Part shown: positions 1-8,384 of the stretch, in pieces
How positions within the stretch are numbered: the stretch's first letter is position 1
How the letters are laid out: every line of letters begins with the position of its first letter
NCBI RefSeq assembly: GCF_000011325.1
Contig: NC_003450.3
Location: forward strand, 270,001 to 302,000
DNA from: Corynebacterium glutamicum ATCC 13032
GTDB taxonomy: Bacteria > Actinomycetota > Actinomycetes > Mycobacteriales > Mycobacteriaceae
Length of the DNA stretch: 32,000 bases
Reading direction: 5' to 3'
The notes under the pieces: generated by a model
The model's database searches: none
The model's input: only the letters and a program-made list of their open reading frames with translations
What the model was told of the DNA's origin: nothing
Translations under genes and position numbers: made by a program

Positions 1-636
1 ATTTTGGTGCTGCGCAGTGTTGAATACGCTCGTGCATTCAATGTGCCACTTCGCGTACGCTCGTCTTATAGTAATGATCCCGGCACTTTGATTGCCGGCT
101 CTATGGAGGATATTCCTGTGGAAGAAGCAGTCCTTACCGGTGTCGCAACCGACAAGTCCGAAGCCAAAGTAACCGTTCTGGGTATTTCCGATAAGCCAGG
201 CGAGGCTGCGAAGGTTTTCCGTGCGTTGGCTGATGCAGAAATCAACATTGACATGGTTCTGCAGAACGTCTCTTCTGTAGAAGACGGCACCACCGACATC
301 ACCTTCACCTGCCCTCGTTCCGACGGCCGCCGCGCGATGGAGATCTTGAAGAAGCTTCAGGTTCAGGGCAACTGGACCAATGTGCTTTACGACGACCAGG
401 TCGGCAAAGTCTCCCTCGTGGGTGCTGGCATGAAGTCTCACCCAGGTGTTACCGCAGAGTTCATGGAAGCTCTGCGCGATGTCAACGTGAACATCGAATT
501 GATTTCCACCTCTGAGATTCGTATTTCCGTGCTGATCCGTGAAGATGATCTGGATGCTGCTGCACGTGCATTGCATGAGCAGTTCCAGCTGGGCGGCGAA
601 GACGAAGCCGTCGTTTATGCAGGCACCGGACGCTAA
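1..636 (+). CDS. lysC: Aspartokinase, C-terminal part (5' end lies upstream of the window); tandem ACT regulatory domains
   Basis: The frame is open from base 1 to TAA at 634-636. The translation contains two ACT-domain segments ([32 protein letters not shown] and [37 protein letters not shown]) typical of actinobacterial aspartokinase. asd follows 23 nt later, as in the Corynebacterium lysC-asd operon. Confidence 0.95.
   Translation: MLVLRSVEYARAFNVPLRVRSSYSNDPGTLIAGSMEDIPVEEAVLTGVATDKSEAKVTVLGISDKPGEAAKVFRALADAEINIDMVLQNVSSVEDGTTDITFTCPRSDGRRAMEILKKLQVQGNWTNVLYDDQVGKVSLVGAGMKSHPGVTAEFMEALRDVNVNIELISTSEIRISVLIREDDLDAAARALHEQFQLGGEDEAVVYAGTGR
118..636 (+). CDS. lysC: Aspartokinase beta (regulatory) subunit, translated from an in-frame internal GTG nested in lysC
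   Basis: GTG at 118-120 is in the lysC frame. GGAGGA at 105-110 precedes it with a 7-nt spacer. The resulting product is 172 aa ([17 protein letters not shown]...). This matches the overlapping alpha/beta subunit arrangement described for C. glutamicum lysC. Confidence 0.75.
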   Translation: MEEAVLTGVATDKSEAKVTVLGISDKPGEAAKVFRALADAEINIDMVLQNVSSVEDGTTDITFTCPRSDGRRAMEILKKLQVQGNWTNVLYDDQVGKVSLVGAGMKSHPGVTAEFMEALRDVNVNIELISTSEIRISVLIREDDLDAAARALHEQFQLGGEDEAVVYAGTGR

Positions 637-644
637 AGTTTTAA

Positions 645-1694
<1,050 letters not shown>

Positions 1695-1722
1695 AAACCC
1701 GCCATTAAAAACTCCGCTTGAG

Positions 1723-1748
1723 TGCTACACTTTAAGCGGGGTTTTAAT
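1723..1748 (+). terminator. Rho-independent terminator of lysC-asd
   Basis: CCGCTT (1725-1730) pairs with AAGCGG (1735-1740). GGTTTTAATGTTT follows, directly after the asd stop. Confidence 0.55.
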
Positions 1749-1760
1749 GTTTGAGGGGCG

Positions 1761-3197
1761 ATGGGGGTCGAGCTTGTGAAGTGGAATTTTCCACAAGTTT
1801 TAAGTTTCTTTAGCAGGGGAAACACTGCTGATAGCACTAGCGATAAAGAACATGAAAATGCAACGGAGCTAGCGGCCGAAGCTTTAGCGGATGTCATTTT
1901 TCAGTGGAAAAACTGGGTCTACCGACGCGTTGATAGTGTGCATCCATCCGAAGGAGCTCGAGGGAGACTCAGACACTCCATGGATTGCGAACCTCCACCT
2001 GACCCACGGCTTGCGTACAACGAAGTTGAACGCCGTTATAACGATATTAATGACGTAAAGGGACAACTAATGGTCCCGCTAGCGTTCATTGAAAAAGGCC
2101 CGATGCGTCATCTTGATGTCTGGAGAAATGATGGGACGAGCATTCCTGTCCTTGGTTCGGAAGAAACTGGTGAACTAATGGTGGCTGTCCTCATGCTGTT
2201 TTTGAAGAAAAATGGCATCGAGCGAACATCTGAACTTGAAGATGCGATGCGTGCCCTTGTGATATCAAGAGAAAAGGGAAACCTAGCAAAAGCAACGAAC
2301 CTAATTGAAAGTGGGGTGTGGGAGGGCAAAACATTATGGGATAGTAATGATCCTGCAGTGAGATTTGATGTGGGAACAAAAGACTTGCTTTTGAATCTAT
2401 CTACTGATTTTTTGTTGATCGGTTTGTTGCCCGCGGAAACTTCTGGAATCAGGCAAGTTTTAAAATTTTCATATCACTGGGTGGTTGAATTACCTGACAG
2501 AGGGCTTCTTAGATCATTGTGGGGTAGCGTGTGTGTCGCATTTCGAGCAGCTCCAATGGAAATTGAATTACCAACACATATGCCCACGGATGCGAAATCG
2601 TACCATCTTGAATTCCACACACCGCCTGAGTTAGATACTCAAGAGTTATCGCTTCCAGTTGATTCCAAGAATAAGGGCCATCGGGTCGGCTATCCAACTG
2701 ACTCTAGTAGGACACCTATCGCCCATGTGCACTCGCATTTTTCCGAGATAATGACCACAAATGCAAAAGTAAAATTGGAGGTTCCCAAAAGGGGAATTTG
2801 GGTTACTGCACTTTTATCGAATGCACTAACAGCCGGAATTTTTATCCTAGCCTTGTTGCTACCCAATGCAACTGATGCTTTGCGTAGTGTTGGAGGAAAT
2901 GCAGCGGCCTTGATGCTTGCAGCGCCGGCAGTATTTGTAAGCTTTCTCATCTTTCCTAAAGAACATATTTTTGTATCTTCCATGCTTAATCCGCTTCGTA
3001 TCGTCGTAGGAATATGCGCACTACTGCTCTTTATGATGGCAGGAAGTCTTGTGGGTGGGTTGGAGCGACCATTTCTTATTCTTCTGTGGTCATTTGGAGC
3101 TGGGTTTTCATTGCTAGTTGTTAGCGCACTAGTACTAGGTCCACTCCTAGGAAAGTTTTTTGAGAGGTTGCACCTGCGCCCTAGTACTAAGAACTGA
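1761..3197 (+). CDS. Hypothetical membrane protein. The soluble N-terminal region (about 340 aa) is unrecognisable; four hydrophobic helices lie at the C-terminus. The gene is low in GC.
   Basis: 478-aa ORF and the only long ORF in this stretch. Hydrophobic segments are IWVTALLSNALTAGIFILALLL, AAALMLAAPAVFVSFLIF, LRIVVGICALLLFMMAGSLVGGL and FLILLWSFGAGFSLLVVSALVLGPLLG. I recognise no conserved motif. The start codon is uncertain: ATG 1761 lies 12 nt after the asd terminator and GAGGGG sits only 2 nt upstream. Confidence 0.6.
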   Translation: MGVELVKWNFPQVLSFFSRGNTADSTSDKEHENATELAAEALADVIFQWKNWVYRRVDSVHPSEGARGRLRHSMDCEPPPDPRLAYNEVERRYNDINDVKGQLMVPLAFIEKGPMRHLDVWRNDGTSIPVLGSEETGELMVAVLMLFLKKNGIERTSELEDAMRALVISREKGNLAKATNLIESGVWEGKTLWDSNDPAVRFDVGTKDLLLNLSTDFLLIGLLPAETSGIRQVLKFSYHWVVELPDRGLLRSLWGSVCVAFRAAPMEIELPTHMPTDAKSYHLEFHTPPELDTQELSLPVDSKNKGHRVGYPTDSSRTPIAHVHSHFSEIMTTNAKVKLEVPKRGIWVTALLSNALTAGIFILALLLPNATDALRSVGGNAAALMLAAPAVFVSFLIFPKEHIFVSSMLNPLRIVVGICALLLFMMAGSLVGGLERPFLILLWSFGAGFSLLVVSALVLGPLLGKFFERLHLRPSTKN

Positions 3198-3295
3198 TGT
3201 AGAGTTTGTGGAAAGATGAGTTAGAAATCCCAGGTTGTAGACGTCGTGGGCGATGCACCATTACTTTTAAATAAGTAAGACTCTTAAGGATAAAT

Positions 3296-3484
3296 ATGGG
3301 AAAGATTAGAGGAAGCGCACCTCGAAGAGCTGTCGTTCGGGGCGGGGTTATTACTTCCATTGCTGGAGGAAAATCATCTGCGAGCGTAAAAATTAAAGAT
3401 TCAGTTTTAGATAAAAACAAAGTGTTGATGCGGTCAAAGGATTCTAGGGTGGGTAAGAGTCGCTTTGATCGAGCAGCAAAATAG
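3296..3484 (+). CDS. Possible small basic protein (62 aa), unknown function
   Basis: ATG at 3296 is preceded by AAGGA at 3285-3289. The product is Lys/Arg-rich (MGKIRGSAPRRAVVRGG...). It lies in the same low-GC stretch. I recognise no homology, so it could be a chance ORF. Confidence 0.2.
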   Translation: MGKIRGSAPRRAVVRGGVITSIAGGKSSASVKIKDSVLDKNKVLMRSKDSRVGKSRFDRAAK

Positions 3485-3538
3485 AACTGTAAATTAGCAA
3501 TCTGGTTAAGGGATTACGCCGTTGACGTAGCTCATCTG

Positions 3539-4120
3539 CTAACCTTGGGCGGATTTGCCATCTTCGGCTGAGGAATCACCGGTAGCTGTTGCAGCAATGA
3601 GGTCCGCTCTGGCGCGGGCTACGCGGGAACGGATTGTTCCGACTCGGACGTCGGCGATTTTTGCGGCTTCTTCGTAGGTGTAGCCCAACACTTGGGTGAG
3701 GATGAGGGCTTCGCGGCGTTCGGGTGGGAGGGCGTCGATAAGCGTGCGCACGTCGATCCACTCGGACCAGATGCCTGCGTTGCTCGCGTCGGTGGCACCG
3801 GTGTCTTCGTATTCGACGATGGATTTGCGGGGGCGTGCCATGTCGTGTCGGATGTTGTCGACCCAGACGCGCCGGGCTAGCGATAGTAGCCAGGTGCGCG
3901 CCGAGGAGCGCGCTGCGAAGCGGGGGAGGGCGCTCATGACCCGCAGATAAGTTTCTTGGGTTAGATCGTCGGCGATTTCGTGGCCGCCAAGGTGGGCGAG
4001 GAGACGCCAGACATCGTCTTGGGTTTCCCGGATGAAATCGGTGAGAGCTGCGCGGTCGCCACGGCCGGCGGCTAGGGCCAGCTCGGTGACGTGGGCGTCG
4101 TTACGCTCTTTTGACTTCAC
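3539..4120 (-). CDS. sigC: ECF-family RNA polymerase sigma factor SigC
   Basis: 193-aa ORF with a GTG start. Sigma-70 region 2 (DDLTQETYLRVMSALPRFAARSSARTWLLSLARRVWVDNIR) and the region 4 helix-turn-helix (REALILTQVLGYTYEEAAKIADVRVGTIRSRVARAR) are present. It diverges from katA, as in C. glutamicum. Confidence 0.9.
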   Translation of the reverse strand: MKSKERNDAHVTELALAAGRGDRAALTDFIRETQDDVWRLLAHLGGHEIADDLTQETYLRVMSALPRFAARSSARTWLLSLARRVWVDNIRHDMARPRKSIVEYEDTGATDASNAGIWSEWIDVRTLIDALPPERREALILTQVLGYTYEEAAKIADVRVGTIRSRVARARADLIAATATGDSSAEDGKSAQG

Positions 4121-4271
4121 AATTGCTCAGAATACCAGTTCAGACCGGGGTCACCATAAAGGTGTGTAGGGGGTGTCAAAGTGGGCAAAAAGTATCATAC
4201 TTTTGTCTTTTTGCTGGCAGTTTACGTAAGGGCTGATTATTTGGTGGCGCGAAGTGACATTCTGATGTAGA

Positions 4272-4295
4272 CTATCAATCAGACTTAATCCATAG
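4272..4295. promoter_or_regulatory. Candidate dyad operator (CTAT-N16-ATAG) in the katA promoter region, possibly OxyR-related
   Basis: CTAT at 4272-4275 and ATAG at 4292-4295 lie 30-50 nt upstream of the katA start. katA is a known OxyR target in C. glutamicum, but I cannot confirm the exact published site from memory. Confidence 0.25.
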
Positions 4296-4323
4296 GTAAC
4301 CCTCATAAAAGGAAGGAATGCTA

Positions 4324-5874
4324 ATGTCTGAGAAGTCAGCAGCAGACCAGATCGTAGATCGCGGAATGCGTCCAAAGCTTTCTGGAAACACTACCCGCCA
4401 CAACGGAGCACCAGTTCCATCTGAGAACATCTCCGCAACCGCAGGCCCACAGGGTCCAAACGTTCTCAATGACATTCACCTCATTGAAAAGCTCGCACAC
4501 TTTAACCGCGAGAACGTTCCAGAGCGTATCCCTCACGCAAAGGGCCACGGCGCTTTCGGTGAGCTGCACATCACCGAGGACGTATCCGAATACACCAAGG
4601 CAGACCTGTTCCAGCCTGGTAAGGTCACCCCGCTGGCTGTTCGCTTCTCTACTGTTGCTGGTGAGCAGGGCTCCCCAGATACCTGGCGCGACGTCCACGG
4701 CTTCGCTCTTCGCTTCTACACCGAAGAGGGCAACTACGACATCGTGGGTAACAACACCCCAACCTTCTTCCTTCGTGACGGCATGAAGTTCCCGGACTTC
4801 ATCCACTCACAGAAGCGTCTCAACAAGAACGGTCTGCGCGATGCAGACATGCAGTGGGATTTCTGGACCCGCGCACCTGAATCTGCACACCAGGTGACCT
4901 ACCTGATGGGTGACCGCGGTACCCCTAAGACCTCCCGCCACCAGGACGGCTTCGGCTCCCACACCTTCCAGTGGATTAACGCTGAAGGTAAGCCAGTTTG
5001 GGTTAAGTACCACTTCAAGACCCGCCAGGGCTGGGATTGCTTCACCGATGCAGAAGCAGCAAAGGTTGCAGGCGAGAACGCTGACTACCAGCGCGAAGAC
5101 CTCTACAACGCTATTGAAAACGGCGACTTCCCAATCTGGGACGTCAAGGTTCAGATCATGCCTTTCGAGGATGCAGAGAACTACCGCTGGAACCCATTCG
5201 ACCTGACCAAGACCTGGTCCCAGAAGGATTACCCACTGATCCCAGTCGGTTACTTCATCCTGAACCGCAACCCACGCAACTTCTTCGCTCAGATCGAGCA
5301 GCTTGCACTGGATCCAGGCAACATCGTTCCTGGCGTCGGCCTGTCCCCAGACCGCATGCTCCAGGCACGTATCTTCGCATACGCTGACCAGCAGCGTTAC
5401 CGCATCGGCGCTAACTACCGCGACCTGCCAGTGAACCGTCCAATCAACGAGGTCAACACCTACAGCCGCGAAGGTTCCATGCAGTACATCTTCGACGCTG
5501 AGGGCGAGCCTTCCTACAGCCCTAACCGCTACGACAAGGGCGCAGGCTACCTGGATAACGGTACGGATTCCTCCTCCAACCACACCTCCTACGGCCAGGC
5601 TGATGACATCTACGTCAACCCAGACCCACACGGCACCGACCTGGTTCGTGCTGCTTACGTCAAGCACCAGGATGATGACGACTTCATCCAGCCAGGCATC
5701 CTATACCGCGAGGTCCTGGATGAGGGCGAGAAGGAGCGATTGGCAGACAACATCTCCAACGCAATGCAGGGCATCTCTGAGGCAACCGAGCCACGCGTCT
5801 ACGACTACTGGAACAACGTTGATGAGAACCTCGGCGCTCGCGTCAAGGAGCTTTACCTCCAGAAGAAGGCTTAA
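4324..5874 (+). CDS. katA: Monofunctional haem catalase
   Basis: Catalase hallmarks include FNRENVPERIPHAKGHGAFG (distal His) and RIFAYADQQRYRIG (proximal Tyr region). ATG 4324 is preferred over ATG 4318 because the AAAGGAAGGA RBS (4308-4317) abuts 4318. The product is 516 aa. Confidence 0.96.
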   Translation: MSEKSAADQIVDRGMRPKLSGNTTRHNGAPVPSENISATAGPQGPNVLNDIHLIEKLAHFNRENVPERIPHAKGHGAFGELHITEDVSEYTKADLFQPGKVTPLAVRFSTVAGEQGSPDTWRDVHGFALRFYTEEGNYDIVGNNTPTFFLRDGMKFPDFIHSQKRLNKNGLRDADMQWDFWTRAPESAHQVTYLMGDRGTPKTSRHQDGFGSHTFQWINAEGKPVWVKYHFKTRQGWDCFTDAEAAKVAGENADYQREDLYNAIENGDFPIWDVKVQIMPFEDAENYRWNPFDLTKTWSQKDYPLIPVGYFILNRNPRNFFAQIEQLALDPGNIVPGVGLSPDRMLQARIFAYADQQRYRIGANYRDLPVNRPINEVNTYSREGSMQYIFDAEGEPSYSPNRYDKGAGYLDNGTDSSSNHTSYGQADDIYVNPDPHGTDLVRAAYVKHQDDDDFIQPGILYREVLDEGEKERLADNISNAMQGISEATEPRVYDYWNNVDENLGARVKELYLQKKA

Positions 5875-5889
5875 GTCCTTCTGATTTAA

Positions 5890-5928
5890 AATGAGGGCCT
5901 ATCCACCAATGGTGGATAGGCCCTCATT
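5890..5928. terminator. 39-bp perfect palindrome between convergent genes (bidirectional terminator hairpin)
   Basis: AATGAGGGCCTATCCACCA, then A, then TGGTGGATAGGCCCTCATT. It lies between the katA stop (5874) and the stop of the minus-strand gene at 5954. The left flank TTTAAA supplies a short U-tract for the minus-strand transcript. Confidence 0.7.
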
Positions 5929-5953
5929 CGACTTTGAAGCTATTGAGAGGAAA

Positions 5954-6247
5954 TTAGCTAGACAGCAGATCCGCAATTCCCAAGGTCACTGCAGTGGAAC
6001 CAATGGCGGTCGAGCCGAGTCCAACGGCAAAGAAACCAGCGGTGCTCTGAATTGCTCCTTCAACCTGCGCAGCCTGAGCAGCAGGCAGGAAGCTCAACAG
6101 ATCGGTGGCTTCTTGTGGAAGCTGGATCCCAGAGCTGAGGTTGGAGGAACCAGCAGTCGAGCCAGCTTCCTGTGCGCTAGCGACTCCAGTGCCACCAGCC
6201 AGGGCGGCGGTAGCGATTGCAATTGCTGCGATTGATTTCATACGCAT
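5954..6247 (-). CDS. Small secreted or membrane-associated protein (97 aa); Sec signal peptide and a Gly/Ala-rich hydrophobic C-terminus; paralog of 7984..8277
   Basis: The sequence begins MRMKSIAAIAIATAALAGGTGVASA/QE, a signal-peptide-like N-terminus with an ASA cleavage motif. GAAGGA lies 8 nt upstream of the ATG. It shares the motif AIQSTAG and overall architecture with the ORF at 7984. Confidence 0.7.
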   Translation of the reverse strand: MRMKSIAAIAIATAALAGGTGVASAQEAGSTAGSSNLSSGIQLPQEATDLLSFLPAAQAAQVEGAIQSTAGFFAVGLGSTAIGSTAVTLGIADLLSS

Positions 6248-6298
6248 GGGATCAGTCCTTCACTAGATGAAAAAGATTCATGCTTCAAAATGCATGCT

Positions 6299-6754
6299 TC
6301 ACACCTGGGGGCGAGCTGGTTTCACCACTTTCATAGCAAAACGTGATGAGATCTTTGCAATTCCTGGCACGGTTTGAATGTGACTGGATAAAAATTGCTC
6401 ATACGCCTCCAAATCAGCAACGCCGATGCGGACAAAATAATCTGGCGAACCAAAAAGCCTGTGCAACTCCAGTACTTCATCATGCTGCGCAACGGAGCTT
6501 TCAAAATTGTCTACAGTGGAGCGGTCGAAGTTGCTGAGAGTGACATCCACGGTCACCTCAAATCCACGATTCATCACCGCAGGGTGAATGTCCGCGCTGT
6601 AGCCCAAAATGATTCCTTCGGCTTCCAAACGCTGCACCCTCCTCAAGCAAGGTCCCGGAGTGAGATGCACCTTGTCAGCCAGTGCGAGATTTGAGATGCG
6701 CGCATTCGCGCTAAGCTCCGCAATAATTGCGCGATCAATGGAATCTAGCTTCAT
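6299..6754 (-). CDS. lrp: Lrp/AsnC-family transcriptional regulator (activator of brnFE)
   Basis: An N-terminal helix-turn-helix (LDSIDRAIIAELSANARISNLALADKVHLTPGPCLRRVQRLEAEGII) is followed by a C-terminal RAM/AsnC ligand domain. The gene diverges from brnFE. ATG 6754 is preferred; an in-frame GTG at 6763 is an alternative start. Confidence 0.9.
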   Translation of the reverse strand: MKLDSIDRAIIAELSANARISNLALADKVHLTPGPCLRRVQRLEAEGIILGYSADIHPAVMNRGFEVTVDVTLSNFDRSTVDNFESSVAQHDEVLELHRLFGSPDYFVRIGVADLEAYEQFLSSHIQTVPGIAKISSRFAMKVVKPARPQV

Positions 6755-6757
6755 ATA

Positions 6758-6834
6758 TTGCACAATAGCCTAGTTGAGGTGCGCAAACTGGCAACAAAAC
6801 TACCCGGCAATTGTGTGATGATTGTAGTGTGCAA
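6758..6834. promoter_or_regulatory. lrp-brnF divergent control region with TTGCACAAT / ATTGTG(N)GCAA inverted motifs
   Basis: TTGCACAAT at 6758-6766. AATTGTGTGA at 6809-6818. ATTGTAGTGTGCAA at 6821-6834, which overlaps the brnF GTG start. The region is a candidate Lrp site, but the exact operator is not verified. Confidence 0.3.
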
Positions 6835-7584
6835 AAAACGCAAGAGATTCATTCAAGCCTGGAGGTGTCGCCATCCAAGGCAGCCCTGGAACCAGATGAT
6901 AAAGGTTATCGGCGCTACGAAATCGCGCAAGGTCTAAAAACCTCCCTTGCTGCAGGTTTGGGCATGTACCCGATTGGTATTGCGTTTGGTCTCTTGGTTA
7001 TTCAATACGGCTACGAATGGTGGGCAGCCCCACTGTTTTCCGGCCTGATTTTCGCGGGCTCCACCGAAATGCTGGTCATCGCCCTCGTTGTGGGCGCAGC
7101 GCCCCTGGGCGCCATCGCGCTCACCACATTGCTGGTGAACTTCCGCCACGTATTCTATGCGTTTTCATTCCCGCTGCATGTGGTCAAAAACCCCATTGCC
7201 CGTTTCTATTCGGTTTTCGCGCTTATCGACGAAGCCTACGCAGTCACTGCGGCCAGGCCCGCAGGCTGGTCGGCGTGGCGACTTATCTCAATGCAAATAG
7301 CGTTTCACTCCTACTGGGTATTCGGCGGTCTCACCGGAGTGGCGATCGCAGAGTTGATTCCTTTTGAAATTAAGGGCCTCGAGTTCGCCCTTTGCTCTCT
7401 CTTTGTCACGCTGACTTTGGATTCCTGCCGAACGAAAAAGCAGATCCCTTCTCTGCTGCTCGCAGGTTTGAGCTTCACCATTGCTCTTGTGGTAATTCCA
7501 GGTCAGGCCCTATTTGCGGCGCTGCTGATCTTCTTGGGTCTGTTGACCATCCGGTACTTCTTCTTGGGAAAGGCTGCTAAATGA
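6829..7584 (+). CDS. brnF: Branched-chain amino acid/methionine exporter, large subunit (AzlC family)
   Basis: Polytopic membrane protein. GTG 6829 gives 251 aa beginning (M)QKTQEIHSS, which matches my recollection of BrnF. TTG 6811 is an alternative start. The stop overlaps the brnE start (ATGA, 7581-7584). Confidence 0.88.
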   Translation: MQKTQEIHSSLEVSPSKAALEPDDKGYRRYEIAQGLKTSLAAGLGMYPIGIAFGLLVIQYGYEWWAAPLFSGLIFAGSTEMLVIALVVGAAPLGAIALTTLLVNFRHVFYAFSFPLHVVKNPIARFYSVFALIDEAYAVTAARPAGWSAWRLISMQIAFHSYWVFGGLTGVAIAELIPFEIKGLEFALCSLFVTLTLDSCRTKKQIPSLLLAGLSFTIALVVIPGQALFAALLIFLGLLTIRYFFLGKAAK

Positions 7585-7907
7585 CAACTGATTTCTCCTG
7601 TATTCTCCTTGTTGTCGCAGTATGTGCAGTCATTACTTTTGCGCTCCGGGCGGTTCCGTTCTTAATCCTTAAGCCCCTACGTGAATCACAATTTGTGGGC
7701 AAAATGGCGATGTGGATGCCAGCAGGAATCCTTGCCATTTTGACCGCATCAACGTTTCGCAGCAATGCGATAGATCTGAAGACTCTAACCTTTGGTCTCA
7801 TTGCCGTTGCGATTACAGTGGTGGCGCATCTTCTTGGCGGTCGACGCACCTTGTTGAGCGTTGGCGCTGGCACCATCGTTTTTGTTGGACTGGTGAATCT
7901 TTTCTAA
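7581..7907 (+). CDS. brnE: Branched-chain amino acid/methionine exporter, small subunit (AzlD family)
   Basis: 108-aa hydrophobic protein. It is translationally coupled to brnF through a 4-nt ATGA overlap. Confidence 0.88.
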   Translation: MTTDFSCILLVVAVCAVITFALRAVPFLILKPLRESQFVGKMAMWMPAGILAILTASTFRSNAIDLKTLTFGLIAVAITVVAHLLGGRRTLLSVGAGTIVFVGLVNLF

Positions 7908-7924
7908 AACTGCATAAATAACAA

Positions 7925-7966
7925 AAATCCGCATGCCCTCAATTTGAAGGGGATGCGGATTTTTTA
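7925..7966. terminator. Bidirectional rho-independent terminator
   Basis: The sequence is AAAAATCCGCATGCCC..GGGGATGCGGATTTTTT, a stem flanked by an A-tract and a T-tract. It lies between convergent brnE (stop 7907) and the minus-strand gene ending at 7984. Confidence 0.8.
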
Positions 7967-7983
7967 AGGAACCTAGAAAAGGC

Positions 7984-8277
7984 TTAAGCAGACAGCGCTG
8001 CAGAACCAACAGCTCCCAGACCAAGGAATGGAAGAACGATTGGAAGGATGATTCCAGCGGTACTGTTCAGTGCCACAGAACCAGCGGTGCTCTGGATAGC
8101 GGACCCTGCATCGCCGTAAGTCATACCTGGCACGAAGTTCTGCACGGTGTGGACGAATTCTTGAGGGATCTCAATCGTGGAACTAGGGCTAACCTGCTGA
8201 GCATTAGCAACGCTTGCGGTTCCACCCCTGATCATTGCGGTGGAAAGTGCGATAGCTGCAACTGACTTGAAACGCAT
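7984..8277 (-). CDS. Small secreted or membrane-associated protein (97 aa), paralog of 5954..6247
   Basis: ATG 8277 is preferred because AGGAG lies 5 nt upstream. The product begins MRFKSVAAIALSTAMIRGGTASVANA/QQ and ends in the hydrophobic tail IILPIVLPFLGLGAVGSAALSA. It shares AIQSTAG and a 15-nt identical DNA block with the 5954 gene. Confidence 0.7.
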   Translation of the reverse strand: MRFKSVAAIALSTAMIRGGTASVANAQQVSPSSTIEIPQEFVHTVQNFVPGMTYGDAGSAIQSTAGSVALNSTAGIILPIVLPFLGLGAVGSAALSA

Positions 8278-8384
8278 TGGGACTCCTAAAAAATATTGCA
8301 TGGGAAATATACTTGCCCCTACGAGGACAATGTATGAAACTTGATAATTCCCTGCAATAGAATGTGTTCTATATCTATTTATTT

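Noticed and set aside
4807-5667. 286-aa ORF antisense to katA
   Set aside because: It lies fully inside the unambiguous catalase gene on the opposite strand. The product is Val/Ala/Gly-rich with low complexity. This is a typical stop-codon-poor antisense frame of a codon-biased GC-rich gene, and there is no RBS.
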